Below are positions 63,139 to 64,000 of a stretch of 64,000 nucleotides of DNA, piece by piece (the first letter of the stretch is position 1; every line of letters begins with the position of its first letter). The stretch is taken from positions 1,583,276 to 1,647,275 of the forward strand of contig CAVRZS010000005.1 of the NCBI GenBank assembly GCA_963725745.1, read 5' to 3'. Origin of the DNA: an uncultured Chloroflexia bacterium (GTDB lineage: Bacteria; Chloroflexota; Limnocylindria; Limnocylindrales; CSP1-4). The position numbers and the translations under genes are program-made. A model generated the notes under the pieces. That model did no database searches. It had not been told where the DNA came from and worked only from the letters and a program-made list of their open reading frames with translations.

Positions 63139-63987
63139 TTGCCTGATCGCACAGAAGGCGCCCAGAGGGCGTCTGCCAGGAAGTCCCGGTCGCTGCTGAC
63201 CGGCGTCTTCGCCGCCCTGATGATCGTGATCGCGATGAGCGCCACGGCCCCGGAGGCCCAGGCCGCGACCCACAAGGTCGTCATCGTCGTCGGTCCCGTC
63301 GGATCCGCCACCGCCGACTACAAGCGGGGCGCCCGCAAGCTCGCCGATTCGGCTCGCAGCTACGGCGCCAAGGTGGTCGAGATCTACAGCCCCTACGCCA
63401 CCTGGTCACGCGTGCACGACGCGGCCCAGGGCGCGAACGTCATCATCTATCTCGGTCATGGCAACGGCTGGCCCAGCCCGTATCACCCGTTCTCGGACAC
63501 GTCCAAGGACGGGATGGGGCTCAACGCGAGCGCCGGCCATGGCAACTCGAACACCAAGTACTTCGGCGAGTACTACATGGCGAGGCTGGGCCTCGCGTCG
63601 CACGCCGTCGTGATCCTCAATCGCCTGTGCTACGCCTCGGGCAACAACGAGTGGGGAGCCGGCAACCCGACGCTGTCGACGGCCAAGAAGCGCGTCGACA
63701 ACTACGGCTACGGGTTCATCAAGGGCGGGGCCCAGGCCGTCTTCGCCAGCGGAATCACCAACGTGAACTACGTGCTCAAGGGCCTGTTCACGGCGCCGGG
63801 GTCGATGACGATGTCGGACCTGTTCTGGACGGATCCCAGCAGGACCGTCGACTTCAAGATCAGCTTCTCGTCGAATCGGATCAACGGGGTCTCGGCCCGC
63901 ATGGATCCGTACAAGGCCCATCGCTACTACCGCTCGGTTGTCGGCCGCCTCAACGACACCGTGGGTGAGTGGCGCAGCGGGAGCTGA
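63139..63987 (+). CDS. Secreted protein of unknown function (about 282 aa)
   Basis: TTG start with a strong SD (GAGAGGAGG, 8-nt spacer). Sec signal peptide (ALMIVIAMSATAPEAQA-AT). No recognised catalytic motif. ORF reaches nearly the window end. Confidence 0.6.
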   Translation: MPDRTEGAQRASARKSRSLLTGVFAALMIVIAMSATAPEAQAATHKVVIVVGPVGSATADYKRGARKLADSARSYGAKVVEIYSPYATWSRVHDAAQGANVIIYLGHGNGWPSPYHPFSDTSKDGMGLNASAGHGNSNTKYFGEYYMARLGLASHAVVILNRLCYASGNNEWGAGNPTLSTAKKRVDNYGYGFIKGGAQAVFASGITNVNYVLKGLFTAPGSMTMSDLFWTDPSRTVDFKISFSSNRINGVSARMDPYKAHRYYRSVVGRLNDTVGEWRSGS

Positions 63988-64000
63988 TCAGCCGCAGCTC

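Overview
High-GC (about 70%+) chromosomal segment that looks like Actinomycetota (frequent GTG starts; mycobacterial-type adenylyl-cyclase/STAND genes; SatD, ThyX, SpoIID, IclR). I support about 60 genes. Housekeeping and metabolism: acs, moaA, punA, thyX, tag, greA, CocE/NonD hydrolase, Rieske oxygenase + MSOX-like oxidase, a five-gene peptide-type ABC importer, two ABC-2 exporter pairs, and an aquaporin. Regulation: IclR and XRE regulators, SatD+DUF3307, and a 1650-aa multi-GAF/PAS histidine kinase with NarL-type regulators. Three things stand out. (i) A cNMP-signalling cluster of two small cNMP-binding proteins and two tandem, translationally coupled adenylyl-cyclase/AAA(STAND)/TPR paralogs. 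(ii) An orphan receiver-like/ParA-like ATPase coupled to a 570-aa acidic coiled-coil protein. (iii) An 18-bp x 12 tandem repeat. One IS481-family element with 25-bp TIRs is present. Frameshifts are striking: isolated 1-nt indels (several at homopolymers) interrupt thyX, the CocE hydrolase, the acidic protein and the big kinase, and the 53.4-61.6 kb zone is saturated with single-base indels across nine consecutive genes. This points to assembly error and/or a decaying island. No rRNA, tRNA or CRISPR array was recognised. Coordinates follow the supplied ORF track; my manual base indexing may be off by +/-1 nt in places.
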